DNA from: Ignavibacteria bacterium
Lineage (GTDB): Bacteria; Elusimicrobiota; Endomicrobiia; PHAN01
Direction of reading: 5' to 3'
Assembly (NCBI GenBank): GCA_041694835.1
Contig: JBGFRZ010000082.1
Location: forward strand, 52,266-116,265
Length of the DNA: 64,000 nt
Shown: piece after piece, positions 17,463 to 25,545 of the stretch
How positions within the stretch are numbered: position 1 is the stretch's first letter
Layout of the letters: each line of letters begins with the position of its first letter
Notes under the pieces: generated by a model
Seen by the model: only the letters and a program-made list of their open reading frames with translations
Database searches by the model: none
What the model was told of the DNA's origin: nothing
Position numbers and translations under genes: made by a program

Positions 17463-17971
17463 AAATTGCCTTCGGTAACCCGGCCGCCATAATCTCGCAT
17501 TTTGCTTGATGTTAGGCCCGTATCCTGACCTATAGTCAGAATGACCCGATTCAACATCGGGATCGGCTTTGCGTCCTCCGGTTTCCCGGAGTTTGCCATT
17601 TATCGGACAATCCTTACGTTTCCATCTCCGCCACGGCGGAAGGGGGCTATCAAAATAAAAATGCTACCGAACTTCCGCCCGGTAGCATAAAGATAGGGGG
17701 TCCTAAAACTTGTTGCAAACCACTACAACCGCAACCGCTAACAAATTAAACTTACTACACCTTCTCTCGGTAGCCCGGCCAGCTCCCCCGACATTATGTC
17801 GGGGGCATCGCTCCGATTTCCCGAAACGATTTTGATAGCCCCCTATCTTTAGCTCCGCGGCTTTGCGTCCTCCGGTTTCCCGAAGTTTGCCTTTATCGCA
17901 ATATATATATAATAAAATTTATGACATTTGTCAAGGTTTTTTTAACAGCCGAAATTCTGCCAAAAATTGCA
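17463..17971. other. structured 510-bp non-coding leader/element: two 41-bp direct repeats (17565-17605, 17859-17899) flanking ~250 bp with perfect hairpins and a 15-bp inverted repeat
   Basis: The direct repeat ggctttgcgtcctccggtttcccg(g/a)agtttgcc(a)tttatcg occurs twice. gggggctatcaaaat at 17641 pairs with attttgatagccccc at 17826. The hairpin cccccgacattatgtcggggg has a 9-bp stem and gctaccgaacttccgcccggtagc a 7-bp stem. No ORF >=60 aa lies in this region. Confidence 0.5.
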
Positions 17972-18817
17972 CTAAACATTGTCTATCAGCCTTGTCCTGC
18001 CAACCTTGGCGGCTATCAGGATTCTTAAATTATTTTTCAGCGATATTCTCCCCTCAATATTCGTTAACGTTTTCGGATCGACAATTTCTACATATTCAAG
18101 ATTTATCCCGGAGATTTTTGAAACCGCTTTAGTTATATATTTTTTTACCGATACAATGTCTTTAAGATACCCCTCTGAAATTTTGACTTTCGCGTCCGAT
18201 ATCGCTTTATAAATTAATGCCGAATCTAATTTTTGACCCGTCGAAAGATATTTATTTCTGCTTGAAAACGCCAGTCCGAATTTTTCTCTTATAGTCGGAC
18301 ACGAAATGATTTTCACGGGGATATTTAAATCATCTACCATTTTTTCTATGATTTTCAGTTGTTGAAAATCCTTCGTGCCGAAATACGCTCTTGTCGGTTG
18401 GATAATGTTAAACAGTTTTAAGACGACGGTTGTAACTCCGCGAAAATGTCCCGGGCGGAATTTTCCGCAAAGTATGTCTGAAAGATTTTTCACTTCAACA
18501 AAAGTCAGATGCTCTTGTTTATAGATATCGTTTGTGGAAGGATAGAAAATTATGTCGACGCCAGTTTGTCGACAAATTTTTTTGTCTTGGCGAAATGTGC
18601 GTGGATATTTTTCAAAATCCTCGTTTTTGCCGAACTGCGCGGGATTTATAAATATCGAAACGACAACGAGAGCATTTTCTTTGCGAGCCCTTTTTATCAA
18701 AGAGAGATGTCCTTCGTGGAGCGCCCCCATCGTAGGGACAAAGCCGATTGTTTTGCCACACTTTTTAAGCTTTACAAAATATCTTTGGGCAACAACGGGT
18801 GAAGTGATTATCTTCAT
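17972..18817 (-). CDS. panC: pantoate--beta-alanine ligase (pantothenate synthetase)
   Basis: MKIITSPVVAQRY...GFVPTMGALHEGHLSLI (HxGH motif) ... FGKNEDFEKYPRT. Length and motif order are typical of PanC. The track ORF starts 19 codons upstream, but MKIITSP is the likely start. Confidence 0.85.
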   Translation of the reverse strand: MKIITSPVVAQRYFVKLKKCGKTIGFVPTMGALHEGHLSLIKRARKENALVVVSIFINPAQFGKNEDFEKYPRTFRQDKKICRQTGVDIIFYPSTNDIYKQEHLTFVEVKNLSDILCGKFRPGHFRGVTTVVLKLFNIIQPTRAYFGTKDFQQLKIIEKMVDDLNIPVKIISCPTIREKFGLAFSSRNKYLSTGQKLDSALIYKAISDAKVKISEGYLKDIVSVKKYITKAVSKISGINLEYVEIVDPKTLTNIEGRISLKNNLRILIAAKVGRTRLIDNV

Positions 18818-19018
18818 TTTGAAACCGCTGAAAAACCTGTCAATAGTCCACAGTCCGCAGATTCTGTCGACCATCGACTATCGACTAAATTCTTTTGGGT
18901 GTCAGAAGGCCTTTTTCAATACCCTCATTTTACAAATGTTCGATGCTTCAGACGATAAAAATCGACAATATTTAACAATGCTCCGACGATAAATTCGAAC
19001 AAATGTTCGAATTTTCAG

Positions 19019-19891
19019 TCAGAGATTTTTGCTAAAAAATCTCGTTATTGTTTTCTTATACTCATCCGTATGCTCTATATAAGCTGTGCCATGGCCGTGC
19101 GAATCGAAAACGACCAGTTCCTTGGGTTCCTCCGCTTTTTCATAAACCCTTTTTACCGCTTCAACCGGAATGTTTTCATCGCCAGAAGTAGCCAACAAAA
19201 GAACCGCTGTCGGCGAAACTTTCGATATATTTCGCATCGGAGAGTATCTCTCGGGCGAATGACCCAGGCGGATTATCGCACCCAGAATCGTAAGAACAAC
19301 AAGTGGGTGCCGCGGGAGATTAAGAAAAAGTTTCGCATGGTGGGCTGTAATTTCGTTGAAAGAATCAAAAGGGCTTTCGGCCACAACTGCGTTTATTCTT
19401 TTGTCTTTGGAAGCAGCGTATATTGCAGCGACACCACCCATAGAAAATCCGAAAACGCCTATCTTCGCCGACAGAGAAGGTTTTTCCTCTTTGAGATATT
19501 TCACGGCTGAGAGCATGTCCTCAGATTCATATTTTCCCATGGAGGTTTTATTTCCGCCACTTTCTCCGTGATTCGTAAAATCGAAATATAGAAGATTGTA
19601 ATGCTGATGGAGAAAAAATGTCGAATATAAAACATCGCCTTTAGAAGCGCCCCATCCGTGACAAATTATTATAGTTTTGGAAGTATTTTTCTGCGAAGTT
19701 ATAAACCAACCTGATATTTTTCGTCTGCCGGATTTAAACTCTATTTTTTCAAAAGGAATTTTTAAGTTGTCCGGCGTTACATAATCTCTTATGCGAGGTG
19801 CATTTAAAATTAAACGAGACGAAAACCATGCCCAAATTAAACAAGTGGTTAGAAAAATAAGTGCCCAAAAAACCGCAGGGTTGAGTTTCAA
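19019..19891 (-). CDS. alpha/beta-hydrolase fold protein with N-terminal TM anchor
   Basis: HGWGASKGD...FDFTNHGESGG and nucleophile elbow GFSMGG. C-terminal His/Asp follow. Confidence 0.6.
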   Translation of the reverse strand: MKLNPAVFWALIFLTTCLIWAWFSSRLILNAPRIRDYVTPDNLKIPFEKIEFKSGRRKISGWFITSQKNTSKTIIICHGWGASKGDVLYSTFFLHQHYNLLYFDFTNHGESGGNKTSMGKYESEDMLSAVKYLKEEKPSLSAKIGVFGFSMGGVAAIYAASKDKRINAVVAESPFDSFNEITAHHAKLFLNLPRHPLVVLTILGAIIRLGHSPERYSPMRNISKVSPTAVLLLATSGDENIPVEAVKRVYEKAEEPKELVVFDSHGHGTAYIEHTDEYKKTITRFFSKNL

Positions 19892-19892
19892 T

Positions 19893-21317
19893 CTATATCT
19901 TCCCCCATGGTTTTCTTTTTACAAATCGCCCGTGTCCGACGGTGCCGGTAAATTTTCCGTCTTTCGCTACGATTTTTCCGCGAGAGATTGTAACGGCGGG
20001 GTAACCTTTTAATTTCATACCCTGGAAAGGCGACCAGTCGCATCTGGTCTGCATATTATTAAAATCAATAACAACCCGTTTATTTGGGTCAAAGACGCAG
20101 ATATCGGCGTCGGAGCCGACTTTGATTGTTCCTTTCTGAGGGTATAGTCCGAAAATTTTGGCGGGGTTCGTTGAGACGACTTCCACGAATCTGTTGAGCG
20201 AGAGTTTTTTCTTGTTAACACCCGCGGTAAATATCGTCGGAACCATCGTCTCAAGCCCCGGTATACCGAATGGAATTTTTGTAAAATCCCCCTGCCACAT
20301 CGCTTTTTGTTTTGTGTCAAATGTGCAGGTGTCGGTTCCTATGGTGTCAATGTATCCTTTTTTCAATCCTTCCCAAAGACCCAGCTGGTCGTGTTTCTTT
20401 TTTACCTGCGGACAAATGCCGTAAAGGTGTCCCGTTTCCCTGGATTTATAAACATCGTCGGTCAAAAGGAGATAAGTCGGACAGGTCTCCGCCCATATTT
20501 TTACGCCGTCTCTTTTCGCCTCGCGCACAATCTCGGCGCTTTCCGACGCCGACATATGGACGATAAAAAGCCGTCCGCCCGTTTCTTTTGCCCAAGTCGC
20601 CGCGCGGCGGACCGCCTCGTATTCTGTATAACAAGGACGAGCCATCGCGTGAAGATAGGCGCCGTATTTATTCATCATCTCCTGCGTGTGGTATCTCTCA
20701 ATAAGGAGGTCCAGGACAATCGCACTCTCGGCGTGGACAAGGATTAGTCCTCCGTGTTTTGCCGTTTCCTCAAGCCCTTGAAAAAGTATTCCGTCGTCAG
20801 CCATCCAGCCCTGAGAGCGATAAATCATAAACATCTTAAAAGAGGTCACACCGTCCTTTACGAGGTCGCTCATATCTCTTCTCACATTCTCGTTCCACTT
20901 GGTTATTCCGCCGTGAAGAGCGTAATCCACGCACACTTTTCCGTCGGCTTCTTTCTTCCTCGCCTCAACGGTTTCAATAAGAGAACCCCCTTTGTCCTGT
21001 ATGGCTATGGCGAAATCAATAACGGTGGTCACGCCGCCGCATGCCGCGGCTTTCGTGCCATTTTCAAAATCGTCGCATGAAACCGTTCCGCAAAAAGGCA
21101 GCTGCAAATGCACATGGGCATCAATCGCGCCGGGAAAAACAAGCAATCCCCTGGCATCGAGCATATGGGCGCCATCTGCTCTGATGTCTTTTTTGACCGA
21201 GACGACTTTCTCTCCTTTGATGGCGATGTCGGCAACAAATGTCTTTTCGGCAAGAACGATTTTTCCGCCTTTAACGACTAAATCAAATGACATAAAACCT
21301 CCTCTTAATATAGGCAA
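19893..21317 (-). CDS. dihydropyrimidinase / D-hydantoinase (cyclic amidohydrolase)
   Basis: GAIDAHVHLQLPFCGTVSCDDFENGTKAAACGGVTTVIDFA parallels the dihydropyrimidinase metal-binding N-terminus (GGIDPHTHLQMPFMGT..DDF..GTKAAL.GGTT). Confidence 0.8.
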   Translation of the reverse strand: MPILRGGFMSFDLVVKGGKIVLAEKTFVADIAIKGEKVVSVKKDIRADGAHMLDARGLLVFPGAIDAHVHLQLPFCGTVSCDDFENGTKAAACGGVTTVIDFAIAIQDKGGSLIETVEARKKEADGKVCVDYALHGGITKWNENVRRDMSDLVKDGVTSFKMFMIYRSQGWMADDGILFQGLEETAKHGGLILVHAESAIVLDLLIERYHTQEMMNKYGAYLHAMARPCYTEYEAVRRAATWAKETGGRLFIVHMSASESAEIVREAKRDGVKIWAETCPTYLLLTDDVYKSRETGHLYGICPQVKKKHDQLGLWEGLKKGYIDTIGTDTCTFDTKQKAMWQGDFTKIPFGIPGLETMVPTIFTAGVNKKKLSLNRFVEVVSTNPAKIFGLYPQKGTIKVGSDADICVFDPNKRVVIDFNNMQTRCDWSPFQGMKLKGYPAVTISRGKIVAKDGKFTGTVGHGRFVKRKPWGKI

Positions 21318-21321
21318 AGAA

Positions 21322-21600
21322 AAATAGGAAATAGGGAACGATGGAAAGAACGGTGCCAGATGTCAGATGCAGGTTAAAACGACAGATACACGTTGTAGCG
21401 GCACCGCCTTGCAGTGCAAATAATTGGCATCGTAAAGCTTGTCCTCGCAGGGGAACGATGCATCTACCTGTATTCTGTATTTGCTTTTCCTTTATCCTGC
21501 ATCCTGTATCTGTTTTTTGGTATCCGGGATCCGGTATCCGCTATCGCTTTTGTCTGTTCTACTGCTCCGACCTCTGACCTCTCATCTCTGACCTCTGTTT
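21322..21600. repeat. long imperfect hairpin-like intergenic element: purine-rich arm (aggcaaagaaaaataggaaatagggaacgatgg...cagatgtcagatgcagg) then pyrimidine-rich arm (ttcctttatcctgcatcctgtatctg...gacctctgacctctcatctctgacctctg)
   Basis: Word-level reverse complementarity between the two halves, e.g. gatgcagg versus cctgcatc and cagata versus tatctg. No ORF is present. Confidence 0.45.
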
Positions 21601-22072
21601 ATTCCAGCATATATTCTTCAAAAGGAATTCCTTTCTTAATCAATTCTTCGCGCCAGAGTTGTTTTGCCTTCGGCATTTTTTCGCGTGAGCGTCTCACCCA
21701 TTTTGATTCGGGCGGCGAAAAGAGTTCCGCCGCCGTCTGATACCATACATATGCATATTTTATTGACGATTCTTCTCGTTCTCTTTTATTGTTAAACTCA
21801 ATGATTTCTGTTTGTATTTCGTATTCTTTCTGTGAGATTTTTTTTGAATCCAACTTCTTTTGAAGTGATGTTTTTTCTTTGGAGAGTTTTTCGTCAAAAA
21901 ACTTCTCTTTTAATTGAGGGTTTTCGTGCCATGCCCAAAACTTTTCGCCTTCAAGATACGCCGAGCGAGCACGCATTACAACATCAACATAAATGAGCGC
22001 ATAAACTGCAATTATGGTAGCAACGACCGAGGCGGCAATTCTTTGCCATTTTTTAGGAAATAATTTATTCAT
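21599..22072 (-). CDS. hypothetical membrane-anchored protein (157 aa)
   Basis: Track ORF with an N-terminal TM segment (IAASVVATIIAVYALIYV). No recognisable motif. Confidence 0.3.
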   Translation of the reverse strand: MNKLFPKKWQRIAASVVATIIAVYALIYVDVVMRARSAYLEGEKFWAWHENPQLKEKFFDEKLSKEKTSLQKKLDSKKISQKEYEIQTEIIEFNNKREREESSIKYAYVWYQTAAELFSPPESKWVRRSREKMPKAKQLWREELIKKGIPFEEYMLE

Positions 22073-22469
22073 CTTTGTTTTTTATCTTTTTATGTCTTTA
22101 ATGTCGTGCGTCCGATAAAAATGTTCTTTTAATCTCTATAATCGTTTTCAACCTGCTCTTCTTTTTCCACAAACTCTTTTATCTACCTGCGATGATTCGG
22201 TTACTCCAAAAAATTTTCGTCTTGTTTTTCTCATTTGAGCGAGCACATTAAGAGAGGTTTAAAAATTTTTCTTCGTTGAGCGATTCTGCTTCTTCGTAAC
22301 TTCCCTGTCTCCAATAGATTTTTCTTCCATCTGATATTTTTTTCTAATTTTCATAATAGTGTTCCGGACAATGTTTTCATTGGTTTATTTCGCACAGAGG
22401 ATTTTTAATTGAGACCCGTCTCCAATTCCATCCAATTCCAAATTCTGACAATTTACCACTGCTTTTATT

Positions 22470-23474
22470 CTAAACAGATAGTAATTTTAATTGATGAATA
22501 TGTTGATACCGATAATGATTACGTTTAATCAAAGAATGCTTTTTTTCAATGTCAACTTCTTTCAATCTTCGAATAGCAATTTTTACATATTCACTATTAG
22601 AATCAATTCCAATGTATTTCTTTTCTAATATCTTGGCAGCGACTGTCGTGGTAGCGCTCCCAACAAAAGGGTCTAATATAATGGCATTTTTAGAAAAAGC
22701 CGATAACTGAATCAAATATTCACAGATCGCTAATGGTTTCACTGTTTTATGTAGATTATAATCTCCTTTTTCTTTCTTTGATGGTTTGGGCAACAGGAAC
22801 ACTTTATCAATCTCAGTGTTTATGTTTTCAGTGGTAATTACATTTGCTGGATACATATTTTTACCCAATCTAATATTCGTATTTACCAAACCAACTTTGT
22901 ATTTCAACATGTTGTTTAGATAAGTAGTGTCTGTCGGTTTTTGCGCCACAGCAATAGGTTCAAAACAAGATTTAATCTGCGGGGTCTTCCATCCGTGCAA
23001 TCTTTCTCTAATAATATTTTTTTGGTCATTGCCAGCTCCCATCTTATCAATAAAATGATTAAGCCCCATTGCCTTTGCCTGATTTTGAGTATAGAGCCAC
23101 ATGAAAACATCTCTGATCTCAAATCCCGCATCGTCCAATGCTGATGCCATTCTATGATATAGGCGAGGACTAGAAAATGAAAAGAAAAATCCACCGGGTT
23201 TCAATAATCTGATAATTTCCTTTGATATTTTTAAATACCAACTATAAAATCTGACGCCTTGTTCTCTCTCAAATTTCATTCCAGCTGGCAATGACTTTAT
23301 GATGTAGTGATTGCGTGTATTAGTTACTACTTCATGATTCCATTGGTTGTCCAGTTTATCTAAAAAATACGGGGGGTCAGTTATAACAAGATCTATTGAA
23401 TTGCTTTCAATTTGCGGAAGCACGTTTAATGCATTATCACATATAATTTTATTCAAAAATTTTTTGTTTTTCAT
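22470..23474 (-). CDS. DNA methyltransferase, N6-adenine/N4-cytosine (PF01555-type, DPPY motif)
   Basis: LVITDPPYF is motif IV. ILDPFVGSATTTVAAKILEKKYIGIDSNSEYVKIAIRRL is the C-terminal AdoMet motif I. The gene is visibly AT-richer than its flanks. Confidence 0.8.
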   Translation of the reverse strand: MKNKKFLNKIICDNALNVLPQIESNSIDLVITDPPYFLDKLDNQWNHEVVTNTRNHYIIKSLPAGMKFEREQGVRFYSWYLKISKEIIRLLKPGGFFFSFSSPRLYHRMASALDDAGFEIRDVFMWLYTQNQAKAMGLNHFIDKMGAGNDQKNIIRERLHGWKTPQIKSCFEPIAVAQKPTDTTYLNNMLKYKVGLVNTNIRLGKNMYPANVITTENINTEIDKVFLLPKPSKKEKGDYNLHKTVKPLAICEYLIQLSAFSKNAIILDPFVGSATTTVAAKILEKKYIGIDSNSEYVKIAIRRLKEVDIEKKHSLIKRNHYRYQHIHQLKLLSV

Positions 23475-23477
23475 ACT

Positions 23478-23972
23478 CTATTTTATTTCGGAAGGTTTTT
23501 TACCGTCAAACTTATCATATAGAATTTTGTAAATTTTTATTTTTATCTCTCTATCGCAAGTTCTTACCACATTTGAATCGGCAACTTTTATTACTCTGCC
23601 TTTTTCGTCATAAACCCATCTATTCCTATCTCCACGATTACACTTTTGACATTGAGGAATAATATTATCCGCAACTAATGGTTTACGAGGATTCATATGA
23701 GCTTTTTGTAATTTTGTTTTTGTGGCAGGCCAATGCAAATGAGGCAGTCCTTCTTCGGAACCACATGTGGCGCATCTAAAATGATATTTTTCTTTCATCT
23801 TACTCCAATCGTCCGTATCACTAATTCTATGTCCTTTTTTAAAAGATGGGTAGGGCTTTTCTAATGTGTATAATTGATACTCCCCCCTTTTAAGATTCAA
23901 GACGATATTATCTCTGCCCCCTGCCACAATCCACCAACCTTTTTGTGCTCCTAAATGCCTGGCCTGTTGCAC
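23478..23972 (-). CDS. HNH endonuclease (probable restriction-endonuclease partner; 5' part appears frameshifted, with a protein-like reading continuing to ~24190 in two frames)
   Basis: FRCATCGSEEG...NIIPQCQKCNRGDRNR is an HNH/Zn-finger motif. The track ORF begins at a GTG. Upstream, the same frame continues protein-like (..LVYLAQNYPYTNKVTKEELTRFIREFDPDVND) up to a TAA. A 45-codon ATG ORF (MDKNEIYRIYHTIIKECHAKHLEKYGVGLPRLHDASGNFKRMRLF) sits in another frame. Confidence 0.45.
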   Translation of the reverse strand: MQQARHLGAQKGWWIVAGGRDNIVLNLKRGEYQLYTLEKPYPSFKKGHRISDTDDWSKMKEKYHFRCATCGSEEGLPHLHWPATKTKLQKAHMNPRKPLVADNIIPQCQKCNRGDRNRWVYDEKGRVIKVADSNVVRTCDREIKIKIYKILYDKFDGKKPSEIK

Positions 23973-24205
23973 ATCATTGACATCAGGGTCAAACTCTCGA
24001 ATAAATCTCGTTAGTTCTTCTTTAGTAACTTTATTCGTATATGGATAGTTCTGAGCTAAATAAACTAAAACAAGCGCATCCTTTTAAAATTGCCAGAAGC
24101 ATCATGAAGTCTAGGTAAACCAACCCCATATTTTTCCAAATGTTTTGCATGACACTCTTTAATAATAGTGTGATAAATTCTATATATTTCGTTCTTATCC
24201 ATATT

Positions 24206-25414
24206 TTATGTTTTCATTTCGAGTGTCACGCAGGATTCTACGGGGCAAATCACGGCGCAGAGGCCGCATCCGACGCATTTTTCTTCGTCGACCGACGGCA
24301 AACGGTTGCTGTCAAGGGTAATCGCTTGATGTCCCCCGTCGGAACATCCAAGATAACAAAGGTCACATTTCTCGCAGGTTTCTTTGTCGATTTTGCTGAC
24401 CGGCTTTTTTTCTCTTGAAAGAGCGACGTGCGAAGAGATTTTTTGTGCAGAAACGCCGACCATGTCGGATATTTTTGCAAAGCCCTTGTCGTCCATGAAG
24501 TTTGAAAGTCCGTCTTTGAGGTCCTCGACGATTCTATAGCCGTAATGCATTGCCGCTGTACAGACCTGAAGTCCCGACGCTCCCATAAGTAAAAACTCGG
24601 CAGCGTCCCGCCAAGTGGTTATTCCGCCCATTCCCGATATCGGAAGACCCAGACGTTCGTCGAGATAAAGTTCGGTAATGAATCTGAGCGCAATCGGTTT
24701 TACGGCGGGACCTGACAATCCTCCGAGAGCGGATTTTCCGTTTACCGTTGGGAGCGGAATCAGTGTTTCAAGGTCAACACCAATTACCGCCTGAACGGTG
24801 TTTATCGCGGCTATGGCATCCGCTCCGCCGTTTTTTGCGGCAAGAGCGGGCTCTCTCATATCTGTGATATTAGGTGTGAGTTTTGCAAGAACAGGCATTT
24901 TGCCCGCGGCTTTTTTTACCCATCCGCAGACCTTCTCGACGTTTGAAGGCGATTTCCCCGTCGCAGAGCCCATTCCTTTTTCAGGCATTCCGTGGGGACA
25001 TCCGAAGTTTAATTCAAGTCCGTCGACGCCGCAGTCAAGCACTTTTTTCGTTATTTCCGTCCACGACTCTTCGTCGTTTGCAACCATTAGCGACGCTACT
25101 ACGACATTTTTTGGATATTTTTTTTTCGTCTCGCGGATTTCTTTTAAGTTTACTTCAAGGGTTCTGTCGGTTATCATCTCTATGTTTTCAAGCGCGATGA
25201 GTTTTTTGTCCTCGTAGTCAAGTCCGGCAAGGCGCGGGCTGACGTTGACAATCGGAGTTTTTTCTTCCAATCCGAGAGTTTTCCAGACGGCGCCGCCCCA
25301 GCCGGCGTCAAACGCCCTCTGAATCATCTCGCCGGTATTTGTCACCGGACTTGAAGCCAACCAGAACGGATTTTGGGATTTGATACCACAAAAATCAATC
25401 GAAATGTCCGCCAT
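24206..25414 (-). CDS. preA: NAD-dependent dihydropyrimidine dehydrogenase subunit PreA-like (DHOD-like TIM barrel + two 4Fe-4S ferredoxin motifs)
   Basis: The N-terminus MADISIDFCGIKSQNPFWLASSPVT and the NFGCPHGMPEKGMG motif are PreA/DPD-like. The C-terminus CEKCDLCYLGCSDGGHQAI...CVGCGLCAVICP carries 2x[4Fe-4S] motifs. Length is 402 aa. Confidence 0.75.
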   Translation of the reverse strand: MADISIDFCGIKSQNPFWLASSPVTNTGEMIQRAFDAGWGGAVWKTLGLEEKTPIVNVSPRLAGLDYEDKKLIALENIEMITDRTLEVNLKEIRETKKKYPKNVVVASLMVANDEESWTEITKKVLDCGVDGLELNFGCPHGMPEKGMGSATGKSPSNVEKVCGWVKKAAGKMPVLAKLTPNITDMREPALAAKNGGADAIAAINTVQAVIGVDLETLIPLPTVNGKSALGGLSGPAVKPIALRFITELYLDERLGLPISGMGGITTWRDAAEFLLMGASGLQVCTAAMHYGYRIVEDLKDGLSNFMDDKGFAKISDMVGVSAQKISSHVALSREKKPVSKIDKETCEKCDLCYLGCSDGGHQAITLDSNRLPSVDEEKCVGCGLCAVICPVESCVTLEMKT

Positions 25415-25430
25415 AAAACCTCCTGACTCC

Positions 25431-25545
25431 GCTATAGCGGGAAGTTAAAGGTCAAAGGATAAAGGGTAAAGGTCAAAATATTTAGATTTTATACCTTTAA
25501 TTTTAACCTTTCACCTTAAATTTTAACCTTTATATTCTTCTTATC
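25431..25545. repeat. purine-arm/pyrimidine-arm imperfect hairpin element (aaaggtcaaaggataaagggtaaaggtcaaaat ... tacctttaattttaacctttcaccttaaattttaaccttt)
   Basis: The two arms are reverse complements at word level. The element is intergenic between the M20 amidase and preA. Confidence 0.45.

Noticed and set aside
17565-17899. Possible CRISPR array, based on the direct repeats
   Set aside because: There are only two copies of the 41-bp repeat. They are separated by ~250 bp of hairpin-rich sequence, with no regular spacing and no cas genes. It is not CRISPR-like.
17463-17971. RNase P RNA, tmRNA, 6S or SRP RNA in the structured leader
   Set aside because: I could not find the conserved cores on either strand. 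These are P4 GGAAAGUCCGG / ACAGAAUCCGGCUUA for RNase P RNA, the tRNA-like ends with a GGGGGUUCGAUUCCCCC-type T-arm for tmRNA, and the SRP domain IV motif.
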